NCBI RefSeq assembly: GCF_052425735.1
Contig: NC_135762.1
Span: forward strand, 27,900,001 to 27,964,000
From: Oculina patagonica
Taxonomy: Eukaryota
Direction of reading: 5' to 3'
Length of the DNA stretch: 64,000 nt
Every line of letters starts with the position of its first letter. Position 1 is the stretch's first letter. The notes beneath the pieces are model-generated. The model saw only the letters and a program-made list of their open reading frames with translations, had not been told where the DNA came from and ran no database searches. Positions 1-13,023 of the stretch are shown here, in pieces. Both the position numbers and the translations under genes were made by a program.

Positions 1-633
1 TCCTTGAACAAAACGGAGAGAATACATTCTCATACAAAAGATGTTTTCCTTTTTTTCGTAGCTTGAAACTATTCATATTAATCATCATTGACATAAAGAA
101 GCTGTCCTTTTGATAAGTTTAACAAAATCCGACAGTCTCGCAATTTTAAGTGCAACTCAGGCTTTTCAATGAATCTTGCTAGGTTACAAACACTTGGTGA
201 CATAGTTCAGTCAGCGGCTTTATCAGAAAAACAGCCGGTTCTTAAGGTGTGTTCAATATGACCGAAGGTTTGCTTTAAATAACGGGGGTTTGCGTGTACT
301 GTATTAGTTTTACACAGTTACAAACAGAGGGAACTTTACCTGTTGCTGTTATGTTTGCCCAGGCAATTAACAACAAAATTGTCGTAAAAATCTGTGAATC
401 AATCGCCATAACGTAAGAAATGAGAATGAAACTGAATGACGATGACTCTTCAGTCCTTTCTTGTGTCTGATGGAGCCGTAACATACGATAGAAAACAGTG
501 ACGCAACTCACATGATGAAAGGGGGAATCTTTTTAATGGCGGAAGCGTTATTTTGCGTAATACGCCTTTGTCACGCTTCCGCCATGTTGGATTGAAAACG
601 AGGCTAGCCGTGCATCCCTGGAGCCACGGCAAC

Positions 634-2813
634 ATGGCCGCTGCCGCGAACTTCGAATGCTGGACGAAATCGTTGAAAGCTCTTCCAGAAATCTCGCAAA
701 AATTGGTCGAAGAATGGGCGAAGCTTGAAGCTAAGGTACCAAAAAAAGTGTTACTTCGAGCATATAGTAATTTTTGCGAAGGATACATCTTCGACGTCGA
801 AGGTATTGTAATGTTTGAACTACGGCTTCTGTAAGTTTTGTCGGTTTGTATACTATACAAATGTTCTTAGACTTTATACTAAAAGTGTAATGAATTCACA
901 GTGAAATCTGTCGGGCCAAGTGAGACAAACGTAAGGGCACGCAGTTATAAATCACAGCGGAAAAACGATGAACCTTGGAGGCTTCAGGTAGAATTATAAG
1001 TTTCGCTTTATTTTGCTTTTTATTTCTGTATGCATGATAAGTTAAAATAAATCTGAATAAATTCATTTGCATCTTATGTCTTACTTTAAAGGTTGAATGT
1101 TAAATACAACCAAGAATTTCAGACGATTAGAATCCTGCAATATCGGTTCTAGTCACGTTGGTGGCTTGCAGTCTTTGTTGTTGTTTGTTTTTCCACATAC
1201 ATGATCAGTTGCAAAAGTTTATGTTCTTTAATTAGAGTTTGTGTTAACGGTTTAACGCCGCTTTTTTCTTTTCTGAGGCGTTTCACTGTCATTTGATTGG
1301 TTTCAGTTTCACCAGTCACCCAACAGAAAACTGAAACTAAAGTTTATGCATAGTGCTCAAATAAGCTCTAATTTGTGAGTTCATTGTGCTAAATTTAAAG
1401 TCGACAGACATAGTTGCATTTCAATGAAAAATGGGGTATAAGTGTCCCCATTTTTAGCTAAATACTCAGACGCAAATGAAGTTTATTATTCATTCATTCA
1501 TTAATTCATTCATTTATCATTCATTCATTCATTTATCATTCATTCATTCATTCGTTCATTCATTCCTCTAGATTACATTGACAAAAACACCACACACCAA
1601 GATTGTTTCGACTGAATGTGGATGTGAGGCAGGCAGGGGAAAATGTAACCATGTTATAGGTTTATTACATCTGTTGGCCCACTATCAGGCACTTGGTCTT
1701 GAAACTGTCCCCCCAGCCATTTCAAAAACATCTTTACCACAAACATGGAATGTACCCAGCAGATCACACGGAGTAATTCCTGGGGAGGTTCAAGATCTTA
1801 CAATACAGAAGGTCAAAATTCCAGCTGGGCCTGCAAAAAGAACAGATGGAATTCGTTCTACTTTATACAACCCTATTCCCCAGGTTGTTGGTGACATTTC
1901 TATTGTTGAAGAGCTCAGAAAAGGAATTGCACAATTTCCATCAGTACAACTCAACACCTTATTACCTTCATGTTCAAATATCACTAAAGTTGGCAGTAAG
2001 TTTGGGGAAATTTCAAAGGGTTCCATGATTTCCTACCAACAAAGGATCAAGCCCTCCCACAGTAAAAAAGTACACATAAACATTGATGCCCCAGATCCTC
2101 CATTATTTACCTTACCTCCTGTAAGTCAGGCATATTCCACAGTGCTCACCAACTCACAAAATAACTTTATAGATGGTTTACAGTTGTCTGTAGCACAGGC
2201 GAATTTATACGAAAAGGAGACCCGGAACCAAGCAGATGACTCCATGTGGCATGAGCTCCGCGCGCAAAGAATAACAGCTAGTAAGTTTAAGGACATCTGT
2301 TGTCGCAAAAAAGATTTCGAGTCACTAGTAACACGCTTTAGGAAGAAGACGGTTCAAACCGCTGCAATGAAGTATGGGATCGAGAATGAAGAAAATGCTG
2401 CCGTGAGCTATGCTGAAATTACAAACCTGAATGTTTACCCCTGCGGTATTTTAATTAACCCATCATGTCCTCATTTAGCCTGCTCTCCTGACCGCAGAGT
2501 GTATGACCCAGCAGAAACAAATCCATGGGGAACTCTTGAAATAAAGTGCTCCTTGTCTGATTCCGTCGTCGAGCTACCATACTTAAAAGAGGTTAATGGC
2601 ACATTAAAACTAAAGAAAACCCACAGTTACTACTACCAAGTAAATGGGCCTCTGCTACTCTCTGAGAATGAGTGGGTTGATTTTTTTGTCCTGTGTAAGA
2701 ATGACTATCATTTGGAAAGAATTAGAGTAGAAAGTCAGATGCTAACAACTATGAAAGACAAACTGGACCTTTTTTATTATGAGTACTTTCTGCAAAGCTT
2801 GATGAAAACTTGA
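634..2813 (+). CDS. ISL2EU accessory protein, SWIM zinc finger + YqaJ/lambda-exonuclease-like domain; exons 634-802, 902-987, 1572-2813 (~498 aa)
   Basis: GT-AG introns keep the frame. CxC..C.H SWIM motif (CGCEAGRGKCNH); YqaJ motifs WHELRAQRITASKF, CSPD, EIKC, YYYQ. Confidence 0.9.
1488..1565. repeat. (TCAT)n microsatellite in intron 2 of the YqaJ gene
   Basis: Direct reading of the sequence. Confidence 0.9.
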
Positions 2814-2912
2814 TCTCTAACTTGATCTAATAGTATTGTTCCTTGTTACTTAACAATGAATGTAAAAGGTAGTTGAAGCAAATGCTGCATGTGAATGACA
2901 AATGTACTATAA

Positions 2913-3511
2913 GGGATCGTTCATTTTTTATGGGGTTGGGGTGGGGGGGGGGGGGCTGGTGGGATTTGATAGATAGTCACTGTTATATATAATGGCCCCC
3001 CTTCTTCATTGAAAATTTTACCTGACCCTCCTTGAAATCCAATATTTTTTTGATGACCCCCCCCCTCCCAAAAAAAACAATAATCAAGATAAATTAAAAT
3101 ATATCGAGCATTGTGACAAAAGAATGTATAAGTGTACAAAAATCACATCCCCAAGTAGCTTGCATTGCCTCAACTGTTTATTGTGGATGGCATCTGTTAG
3201 TATGTTTTTTCTGCATAATTTGTAACCAATAAGTTGTTGGGTCGAGTTAATGGGATTTGGCACATAACAAAGAAGGGGGTTCAGGGCCATGCTCCCCCGG
3301 GAAAATTTGAATTTTCAGAACCTCAGGAATGTTATTTTGGGCATTCTGGCAAGATTTTTTCTGCTCTTACAGATGCCTCTTTTTAGTGACACCCCCCTTA
3401 CAGACCATTTTTTTGTGGCTGGCACCCCCTTTGAAGCCAATTTTTTTGGATGCCCCCCGCCCCCCTCAAATCCCACCCGCACCCCCTACCTCATAAAAAT
3501 TGAACCGTCCC
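2913..3511. mobile_element. Non-autonomous Harbinger-like MITE nested between the two ISL2EU genes
   Basis: Imperfect TIRs GGGA(T/C)(C/G)GTTCA(T/A)TTTTTATG; TAA duplicated at 2910-2912 and 3512-3514. Confidence 0.75.
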
Positions 3512-3794
3512 TAATTTGTAAAGTCTTTGGCTATGTTAGCTGAATGTCACTTCTCAGTATTTACTTGTAGCGCTGTATAAAGTGGGGTAATAACGCTACA
3601 TTGACAACATTGAACAACATCAAACTTTTTTGGTGTTCTTTCTCATTGTTGGCTACATTGTACATGTTACTATTTACAGCAGTTTGGTCATGTCAGTTAA
3701 ATAATATGTGAATGGGAAAAAGCTGTGAGATAAAAGTAAGAAAAAGTGTCCATACTTTTCAACACAATATAATTTCTAGTAAGTTAATTATAAG

Positions 3795-5454
3795 CTAAAA
3801 TAAAGGTCCTTTGAAATTGGTCAAAAAACAACAAACACTCCACACCTGATTTACAGATCCTCCTAAGACTAGAGGTTGGACTCTGTCAAAAAAATGATAT
3901 TCTTTGACTCGTCTTATAGCTCTCTCAACGTGTATTCGAAGTCTTGCAATTTCTTGGGTGTTGGAGACCTCTGATGATGTAAACTGTTTATTCCCAACTT
4001 TAGAACAACTTTTACTTTTGCCTAAGAATGGAGGAATTGCAAGTTTTACATTTACTTTGTTGAGAAGGTCATCGATCAAAAACCCCTTGTCTGCCATAAC
4101 TTCAGTTCCTTCTTCCAGCAAGTCCAGAATTCCACTTTGACGAGTTATTTCTTTGTCTGATATGCTTCCTTGAAACAAAGAACTCACAAAAGAGACTGCT
4201 CCATTTGGGGATATCCCGACAAGGCCTTTATATGTGGTGTGGGACTTATAAGAAGAATAAAACTCAGAATTTAAAACCTTAGAACTTGGGGTCTGAACCT
4301 TTATCTCTGTACAGTCCAAGATCACACAAGTATGTGGGTATGTTGCTCTAAAACAATCCGGTAGGTTTGCCCGCACCTGGGCTTTTGAGGGCCAGATGGG
4401 TACCTGACCAAGCATGAAATAAAGAAAATTAGCCCATGTCAAAAATACTCTACTAACAGTACTGGGACTGACTTTAAACCTTACAGCCAAGTCCTCAATA
4501 GGAAAACCTTGCTTAATTCTGACTAGAAATAAAAAGAACTGATCAAACAATGGTAGGGTACACTTGGTGCTGGTTTCAACGCCTTCTTTTCTTTTGTAAT
4601 CCACTGGCGATTGACCACTGCGCTGCACTTGGGACCATGTTGCCATGTTCTTAGCATAAGGCTGAAGCCAATTGAATACTGATTTTAAAAGTTCATAAGA
4701 ACCGAATCCTGTGTAGAACTTTATCTGTTCCGGACCTTTTGAAAATCTTTCCAATCCAAACTTTTCCAACGACAAAACGGCAACTTGTTCCTCGAGTTCT
4801 GCAATTTGTTCCTCCAGTTGTGCTATACGATTCTTCAACTGTTCTTCAGCGGTTGGTTCTGAGTTTACCGAACTGCCTTCCAACTTACTGGCTTCTTCAT
4901 CACTGGATGCATTCTTCTCAAACCGAAGTTTTTTACGTCGTTGGAACACATTCTCTGGTCGCTGCTGTGTTGTTTTGGTCCATGCAAAAACTGACGGCAC
5001 TGCTTGATCCCTTAACCGCTTCCTTCCAGCCAACGTGGTTTGAATTTCATCTGTTTTAAAATGCTCTGAGCAAACCAACGTGGAGTCTTTTTGTATCTGT
5101 AAACAATCGCCGATCGATCTAATGTTAAATTGATTGTTTATACTGTGAAAAACTCCACAAAGGAAACTAATCATAATTACATAATTCACTATTGCTGCAA
5201 AAATCAACGTTTATTGAGCTTATGTTTAGGTCTTAGTCAAGCAAAGTCAAGAACAGCGATCGATCGTAAACAACCTATTTATGCACGATTTTTACCTTGA
5301 ACAAAGGGCCTTCATCACGTCGTATGGCAATTATCCAAGCCTTTCTTAGCTGTCCATCCTTCGGGAAATTAAAAAACTTCAAATTTTTTCCGGTAGCAGA
5401 TGATTTACGTTGGTCGTTGTTACACAAAGGAACACAACAATGATAGTGCGCCAT
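3795..5454 (-). CDS. ISL2EU transposase, THAP + coiled coil + HTH + DDE (DDE_Tnp_4-like); exons 5454-5296, 5096-3795 (~486 aa)
   Basis: Exon 1 MAHYHCCVPLC...FPKD...W..AIRR joins VCSEHF to form the THAP domain. Catalytic triad in ILDCTE, MADKGF and RIHVERAI. Confidence 0.92.
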
Positions 5455-8400
5455 CTTGGAAATTCAAATGATGCACGGCTAGCCTCGTTTTCAATCCAAC
5501 ATGGCGGAAGCGTGACAAAGGAGTATTGCAGTTGTATAAAAAGAACAACCACCTTTTAACTAAATTTAAGTTGGTTACGTCAACTTGCATCCGTTTGTTT
5601 CCAAACAAATGTTTTGTGCACAAATGCCCTGCGATACTTTCGAAAGAGTTGATGATTTCTGTCAGGTACATTGTACTCTTCCTTACGCTATTTGCCTTTC
5701 TTTTTGTTTTATCAGGGAAAAGAGCAGAGTGATATGTTTACAAACCTCATCGTGAAACCATTACATCCAACTCTTTTCTGGGGTTTTGACACATGTTGGC
5801 ATAATATGAAACTTTCGATATATCAAAATTCAGCTTCGTAGGGAGCCCTGGAGGACACAAACAAAGGAAATTTTGCAAATATATTTATTCTTTTGTTTCT
5901 TCCCTCCAGGCCTCGCTGTCAAGATGAATTTTAATATATCGAAAGTAGCCTATCTGGGACAAAATACAAAAAGGGAATCCTGGCTTACAATATTACCTTA
6001 CGACATAGTTGAACGAAAAATTGCTAATTAAATAAACCGCGCGATCACAATGCCCGAGGACTTCATCGCTAAAAAGCAGTCAAACATTTTACGCTTGTAA
6101 GGGATGAATGAACAGCTAAAACCATTGAGTAAATTCCTTTTTCAAAAATACGAAGAAAAAATTTGGGGGGGGGGGGGCACCGCCCACACCCCCTTGTACG
6201 TCCAAGGGTTTATCTGTCAGAGATAATAAATGAATCTGTTTTTACCAAGATTCCTGCAGTTGTCTTTTAAACCAAGGTCTCATTTACAGTTTTAAATATG
6301 TGCTTTCGTGTTTGCCTTTCTGTGCTGTCGACTGATGTTGTGTTTATTTTAATTTAGTTTTATAATGCTCCAAACGATATTATCGCAGACTCACAGGCTT
6401 CATCGCTTAAGCAAACCGTCGCAATGTTATATTGATTTATTTCGATCAGTGTTACTGCTAGCAAATCAGTCACTCGACCTTGAATGAATATTCCATTGCC
6501 TACAGTTACAGTGTCATTCCTTTCGAATTACAAATTGTAAGCGAGGAGACGAGAAAACCTTCTACAAAAGCTGATCTACATCTCTTTTTTTCAAATATTT
6601 AATTATGAGCACAAAAGCTGTGCCAAACGCAAAGATCGTCCCTTAAGCAAAACGTGAAGAATACATGCTCATTCAAAAGATGTTTTCGTTTTCTACGTTA
6701 GCTTGAAACTATTCATATTACTCATCATTGACATCAAGAAACTATCCTTGTTACGAGTTTAACAAAATCCGTCAATCTTACGTACAATTCCGCACGGCTC
6801 CGACTTTTCAATCTTGCTAGGTTCCGAAGGTTCAGTCAGCGGCTTTACCGGTTAAACAGCCGGTTCTAAAGGTGTGTTCTTTATATCCGAAGTTTGCTTT
6901 ACATAACGGAGTTATGCCTATACTGCATTAGTTTTACACAATAAAACAAACAGAAAGAACTATACCTCTTGCTGTTATGTTTGTCGAGGCAATTAACAAC
7001 AAAATTGCTGCGAAAATCTGTGAATCAATCGCCATAACGTTAAGAATGAGAATGAATCACGATCACTCTTCCTTTCTTGTGTGAAGTCGTAACATATGAA
7101 TTAGAAAGAAGAAATCAACTCACGTGATCAAAAGGGGAATCTATTTAATGGCGTAAGTATTGTTTCGCGCAGTGGCAGTTCCGAAAAAAAGAACAACCAC
7201 CAATTTTCTAAATTTAAAATGGTTACTTCAGCTTACATGGTACATTTGTTCCTAAACAACTGTATTGTGCGCAAATGGTCTGCGATACTACTTTCGAAAT
7301 AATTAATGATTTCTGTCAGGTATATTGCACTATTCCTTACTCTTTCTGGCCTTTTTTGTTTTATTAGCAGAAAGAGCAGTGTGAGATGTTTACAAACATA
7401 CCCGTAAAACCATTACTCCTTACTCTCTTCTTGGGGTTTTGACACGTTATGTCAATAGGACAGTTTCGATATATTAAAATTCAGCTTTGTAGCCAGGCCT
7501 GGCCTGGGGGGACACAAACAAAAGAAAGGCTTCATCGCATAAGCATTAGTATACTAATTCATTTCGATCAGTGTTACTGCTTGCAGGACAGTCACTCGAC
7601 CTTAAATAAATATTTGATTGCTGACGATAAAAGCGTTATTCCTTTCTAATTATAGAAATAGTAAGCGAGGGGTTTTACAAACGCCGATCTGCATTTTTTT
7701 TAAATATTTAATTATGAGCACATAAGCTGTGCCGAACGCAAAGATCGTCCTCTGAACAAAACGGAAAGAACACATGATCATTTAAAAGATTTTTTCGTTT
7801 TCTTTGTTAGCTTGAAACTATTCACATTAATCATCATTGACTTAACGAAACTGTCCTGGTTATGAGTTGAACAAAAATATCAATCTGTCAATCTTGCAAT
7901 TTTAAGTGCAACTCAGGCTTTTCAATCTTGCTAGGTTACGAACACTTGGTGACATAGTTCAGTCAGCGGCCCTGACCTGTAAAACAGCCGGTTCTGAAAG
8001 TGCGTTCTATATATCCAAATGTTTCCTTAATATACCGGGTTTATGCGTATACTGTATTAGTTCTACACAATAACGAACAGAAGTCGACAGAAGGAACTAT
8101 ACCTGCTGCTGCTGTGTTTGCCGAGGCAATTAACATCAAAATTGCCGTGAAAATCTGTGACTCAATCGTCATAACGTGAAAAATAAGAATGAAACTGAAT
8201 CACGATCACTCTTCAGTCCTTTCTTGTGTCTGAATGAACTGTAATACACCATAGTAAAGCGCAACTCATATGATAAAAGCGGGAATCTATTCAATTGCGG
8301 AAGTGTCGTTTTGCGTAATTGCAGTTCTATAAAAAGAACAACCACCTTTTTACTAAATTTAAGTTGGTTACGTCAGCTTGCATTGCATCCTTTTTTTCCC

Positions 8401-10206
8401 AAACAAATGTTTTGTGCACAAATGCTCTGCCATACATTCGAAAAAAATGATGATTTCTGTCAGGGACAATGCACTCTTCCTGACGCTTTCTAGCCTTTTT
8501 TTTTTATAAGGAGAAAGGCCAGAGTGAGATCTTTGCAATCGTAATCCTGAAAACATTGCACCCAACTCTTTTCTTGCGGTTTTGACACATAATGTCTGCA
8601 TAATATGACACTTTCGATATATTAAAATTCACCTTCGCAGCATGCCCTGGAGGACACAAACAAAAGGAATTTTGCAAGTTTATTTATTCTTTTGTTTTTC
8701 TCCTCCAGGCCTTGCTGTCAAGATGAATTTTAACATATCGAAAGTAGCCTATCTGGGACAAAATACAAAAAGGGAATCCTGGCTTACAATATTACCTCAC
8801 AACATAGTTGAAAGACAAACTGCTAATTTTATAAATCGCGCGATCACAATGCCCGATGACTTCATCGCTTAAAAACCAGTCAATTATTTCACGCTTGTTA
8901 GGGATGAATGAACAGCAAGAACCATTGAGTAAATTCCTTTTTCAAAAATACGAAGAAACTTTTTTAAGGGGGCACCGCCCACACCCTCTTGTACGTCCAA
9001 GGGTTAATCTGACAGAGATAATAAATGAATCTTTTCTTTTACCAAGGTTCCTGCAGTTGTCGTTTTGTTTTCCAAGGTTTCATTTACATATTTTAATTTG
9101 TGCTTTCGTGTTTGCCTTTCAGTGGTGTAGACTGATGTTGTGTTTATTTTAATTTAGTTTTATATCTTCCAAACGATATTATCGCAGACGCACAGGCTTC
9201 ATCGCTTAAGTAAACCGTCGCAATGTTATATTGATTTATTTCGATCAGTGTTACTGCTAGCAGATCAGTCACCCAACCTTGAATAAATATTTAATTGCCG
9301 ACGATTAAAGTGTCATTCCTTTCTCATTATAAAAATAGTAAGCGAGGGGTCGAGAAAACCTTATACAAACGGCGATCTACATTTTTTTTTTCAAATATTT
9401 AATTGTGAGCACATAAGCAGTGCCAAACGCAAAGATCGTCCCTTGAACAAAACGGGAAGAATACATGCTCTTTCAAAAGGCTTTTTCGTTTTCTTCGTTA
9501 GCTTGAAACTATTCATATTAATTATCATTGACATAAAGAAAGTGTACTTTAAATGAGTTTAACAAAATCCATCAATCTTGCAATTTTAAGTGCAGCCCAG
9601 GCTTTTCAATCTTGCTAGGTTGCGAACACTTGGTGACATAGTTCAGTCAGCGGCTTTACCGGTAAAACAGGCGGTTCTATATGTTCTATATTTATATACC
9701 AGGTTTATGTGTATACCGTATTAGTTTTTTTGTTTACACAATGACAAGCAGAGGGAACTTTACCTGTTGCTGTTATGTTTGCCAAGGCAATTAACATCAA
9801 AATTGCCATGAAAATTTGTGAATCAATCGCCATAACGTACAGAATGAGAATGAAACTGAATCACGATCACTCTTCAGTCCTTTCTCGTGTCCGATGGAGC
9901 CGTAACATACGATAGACAAACGCAACTCACATGATGAATAAGAGGGAATCTATTCAATGGCGGAAGTGTCGTTTTGCGTAATTACAGTTCTATAAAAAGG
10001 ACAACCACCTTTTTACTAAATTTAAGTTGGTTACGTCAACTTGCATCCTTTTGTTCCCAAACAAATGCTTTGTGCACAAATGCTCTGCGATACTTTCGAA
10101 AGAATTAATGATTTCTGTTAGGGGTGAATTGTACTCTTCCTTACGCTCTCTGCCTTTTTTGTTTATCAGGGAAAAGAGCAGAGTAAGATGTTTTTCAAAA
10201 ACTCAT

Positions 10207-11038
10207 TAATAATTCATAAGCCCATCAACCTATCAACTGGTCGATAATACGTCACGTGGATCGACTTTATATTGATAAAACCTCTTCCTTATTAGTATGC
10301 GGTGTTTTATCAGATATAAAGTCACTGCACGTGATTTATGAATATTAATTACAATACATCAACTAGAACAACAAATGGTGGTGAATATTTAATGTTCTTT
10401 ACACACGCAGTACATTTACTTTTGTACAAAATTAATAGTACAGTTGTTAAATACAGATCCAGAAAAATTCTGTACCTTTCACCATTCTCTTTGCACACTT
10501 CTTCGACAAATTTAATCAGCCAAAAGTTCAATGACTCAGCGCGCCGTCATACTGGTTATGTCAGTGCCCAAGCGTTGCACTTTAATGAGTTGTCAGTTCT
10601 GAAGGCGCAAGGCTCGATTGCTGGACTTCTGTTTTTCCTACCATTCTGCCATTCTCGAAAAATTTTCAAGGACCACTTTGTCGCTGCCTGTGTTGACTTT
10701 GGGGTAGCACTTTCTAATAATTTCCTCTCTTCCTCGGCATTTTTAGGTTTCCGAAAAGCCCTGGAAGTGGACGCCATGTCCTCTTCGTTCAGTTCAAAAC
10801 ACGTGTGAGATTTGATTTTCTTGCATACTTATTTTCTACGTAATATTTTTTTTCGTATGCTAATTTCCAACGCCACAGAGGCATCGATGATATGAACTCT
10901 ATTGGGACACGCTTATTTAGGAATGTCTTTGAAGCCGTTCAATAAACTCGCAGATCGTGCTTCATCAAGTCTAAAACACTCGGCTGCGCCTCGTGTTTTA
11001 AACTTGATAAAGCACTCCTGCTTGTTTATTAAACATTA
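10207..11038 (-). mobile_element. Truncated Crypton-like (DUF3504-related) element fragment
   Basis: Interrupts the tandem unit at CAAA..CTCAT|CGTGAAACC. Broken frames MASTSRAFRKP..ATPKSTQAATKWSLKIFREW and LNFWLIKFVEEVCKENGERY resemble the N-terminal part of Crypton/DUF3504 proteins (recognised from memory). Confidence 0.6.
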
Positions 11039-11801
11039 CACAAATCTCATCGTGAAACCATTACACCCAACTCTTTTCTTGGGGTTTTGACACACGTTGG
11101 CATAATGTGAAACTTTCGATATATTCAAATTCAGCTACGTAGGGAGCCCTGGAGGACACAAGCAAAAGAAATTTTGCAAGCTTATTTATTCATTTCTTTT
11201 GTTCCTCTCCTCCAGGCCTCGCTGTCAAGAAGAATTTTAATATATCGAAAGTAGCCTATTTGATAGGCTCGATTTCCGCCGCCTTTTCGAGTCCGGTCTT
11301 TGTTGGCTGGAATTTGAGCCTACCTATTTGAGGCATTATACAAAAGGGGAATCGTCGCTTGCAATATTTGCCTCACAACATAGTATATGTGAGACAAGTT
11401 GCCAATGAAATAATTCGCGCGAGCGCGATGCCCGATTATTTCATCACCTAAAAAGCAGTCAATCATTTCACGCTTGTTACCTTTCACGACTGACTAGTTT
11501 TTTCAGTAGGCAAATGACAATACAGCTGAAGTATTAAACAAAAGAATCTAGACATTTCTTTTAAGGCTTTGGCTGTTAGAGGCAGCATAGATCGAGTACG
11601 CTACGGAGAAAACAAAAAAAATATTGGTTATTACAATACACGCTGACGACAACAAAATGGCAACTGCCTTGGTTCAACGATTTTCATTGTCGCCGAAACT
11701 CTACTGATTTCTGATTCGATCCACTGTCTTCGCGATTAAACAGTTAACTAACCGGTTCAAATGTCATATTAAGCATTTAATCTGGTTTTAAAAATCAAAT
11801 A

Positions 11802-12225
11802 CAGTAAACACCCGCATATAAGAACAAGTGGATTAAGAAGATGTATGTAGGCTGAAAGTTGGCCAGTAAAGCGCCATATATATAAGAACCAATGCAGCCC
11901 GATAAATTAAACATATTCTTATATAAAAAGAAATAGGATGCAAGAATACGAAAGCAATACAGTAAGTCATAAAATTTAAAAAAGTACTTATATTAGTAAT
12001 AGCATTTTCGTAATTTATTTATTTGAAATTAAATATATGTTGTTTAGTGTAAATAATTAAACACTATATCTAGTAATGTAAAACGTAAAGTATTTCTGAA
12101 AAAGGAAAAAAAAAATAGAACATTCTAAAAACAATTTCAGGCTGATTTCTCACTAAGCAGCTGGTAAATAAGAACTAAACCAGCCTGAAACCCGAAATCA
12201 AGGTATTATATACGGATGTTTACTG
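11802..12225. mobile_element. Tc1/mariner-like MITE
   Basis: TIR CAGTAAACA(C/T)CCG(C/T)ATATAA; TA on the left flank only. Confidence 0.65.
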
Positions 12226-12438
12226 TTTAACCTGATTTTTTCTCTGTCTTTCGGGCTAAAAATTGCAACTGCTTATTAATTGCTACGAACACGCCGCTTA
12301 GATCATTTCATCCACTCGGAGAAAAAAAAAAATACCGGCAAGCCAATTTGGTAGTTTCAGCATTTCCATTCCTTTTTCGATAGATAATTTTATTTTGTTC
12401 ACTTTTAAACCTTTAAGGATGCTTGTGTATTTCCTTAA

Positions 12439-12671
12439 AAGAGCTATATCACGGTATTTTAAGTCATTTTTCTGTTTGCTGTTAAATTGAAGGAAACCTC
12501 AAAATATCGATTTTGTAAGGTAGAAAAACACCAACAGAGAATAAAATCCTGAAAATAATTAAACAAGGATGGTTTCGACTGACGAAGATTTCAAGACGGA
12601 TTATGAATAACAAACTTGAAAATAATACTAATAATAATTTTCAAGTTGAGTGGTCCGTGACGTAGCTTCTT
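12439..12671. mobile_element. Short TTAA-targeting MITE (Kolobok-like)
   Basis: TIR AAGA(A)GCTA..TCACGG; TTAA at 12435-12438 and 12672-12675. Empty site in the paralogous fragment at ~51700 (minus strand). Confidence 0.75.
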
Positions 12672-13023
12672 TTAACGATGCAAACGAAAAGACGAATTGT
12701 AATGGAAACGGATAGAAATAGCAGAAAGTGACTAATGGCTTGAAACAATGTTCGCTAGACGTTGGCAAACCAAAAATCTGCCCTGCATCTGTAGCGTTGC
12801 CAACTATGATCTTTAAATCTCTCACTAATCCATTTAAAGGGTATTATAACAGGACTTTATATACTATCATATTTGGGAAATGGATGGTTGGACACGATTT
12901 TTACGATCGTGTGCATGTAGACACCAAGGATTATTTTAGTTTCGCGTAAACAGCTTAAGATCGAGTGCAAGTGTGTTAAGACACTGTCAAGGTTAAATCC
13001 CAGCAGAAGATGATGTGTGCTCC

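Larger units (their letters stand above)
562..5524. mobile_element. Autonomous ISL2EU-type (PIF/Harbinger-related) DNA transposon, 4963 bp
   Basis: 55-bp TIRs at 562-616 and 5470-5524 (one mismatch). AT target duplication at 560-561 and 5525-5526, confirmed by empty sites TTTTGCGTA-AT-T(G/A)CAGTT in sister tandem units (~8318, ~9981). Two convergent genes, THAP+DDE and SWIM+YqaJ, the known ISL2EU organisation. Confidence 0.93.
1..11480. repeat. Diverged tandem array of a ~1.7-kb non-coding unit (about 4 copies, probably continuing left of the window), interrupted by ISL2EU and a Crypton-like remnant
   Basis: Anchor motif (AAAGATCGT)CC..(T/G)AACAAAACG recurs at ~1, ~6640, ~7750 and ~9440. Other internal blocks recur in the same order; copy 2 is internally deleted. 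Confidence 0.88.

Noticed and set aside
5097-5207. Hydrophobic N-terminus (MIFAAIVNY...) of the 470-aa ORF
   Set aside because: Intronic read-through. The true THAP N-terminus is in the upstream exon 5454-5296.
275-11090. Recurring short ORFs in the tandem array (e.g. 275-511, 5526-5732, 8311-8601, 8856-9152, 10027-10209)
   Set aside because: Frames and stops are not conserved between repeat copies, which indicates non-coding repeats.
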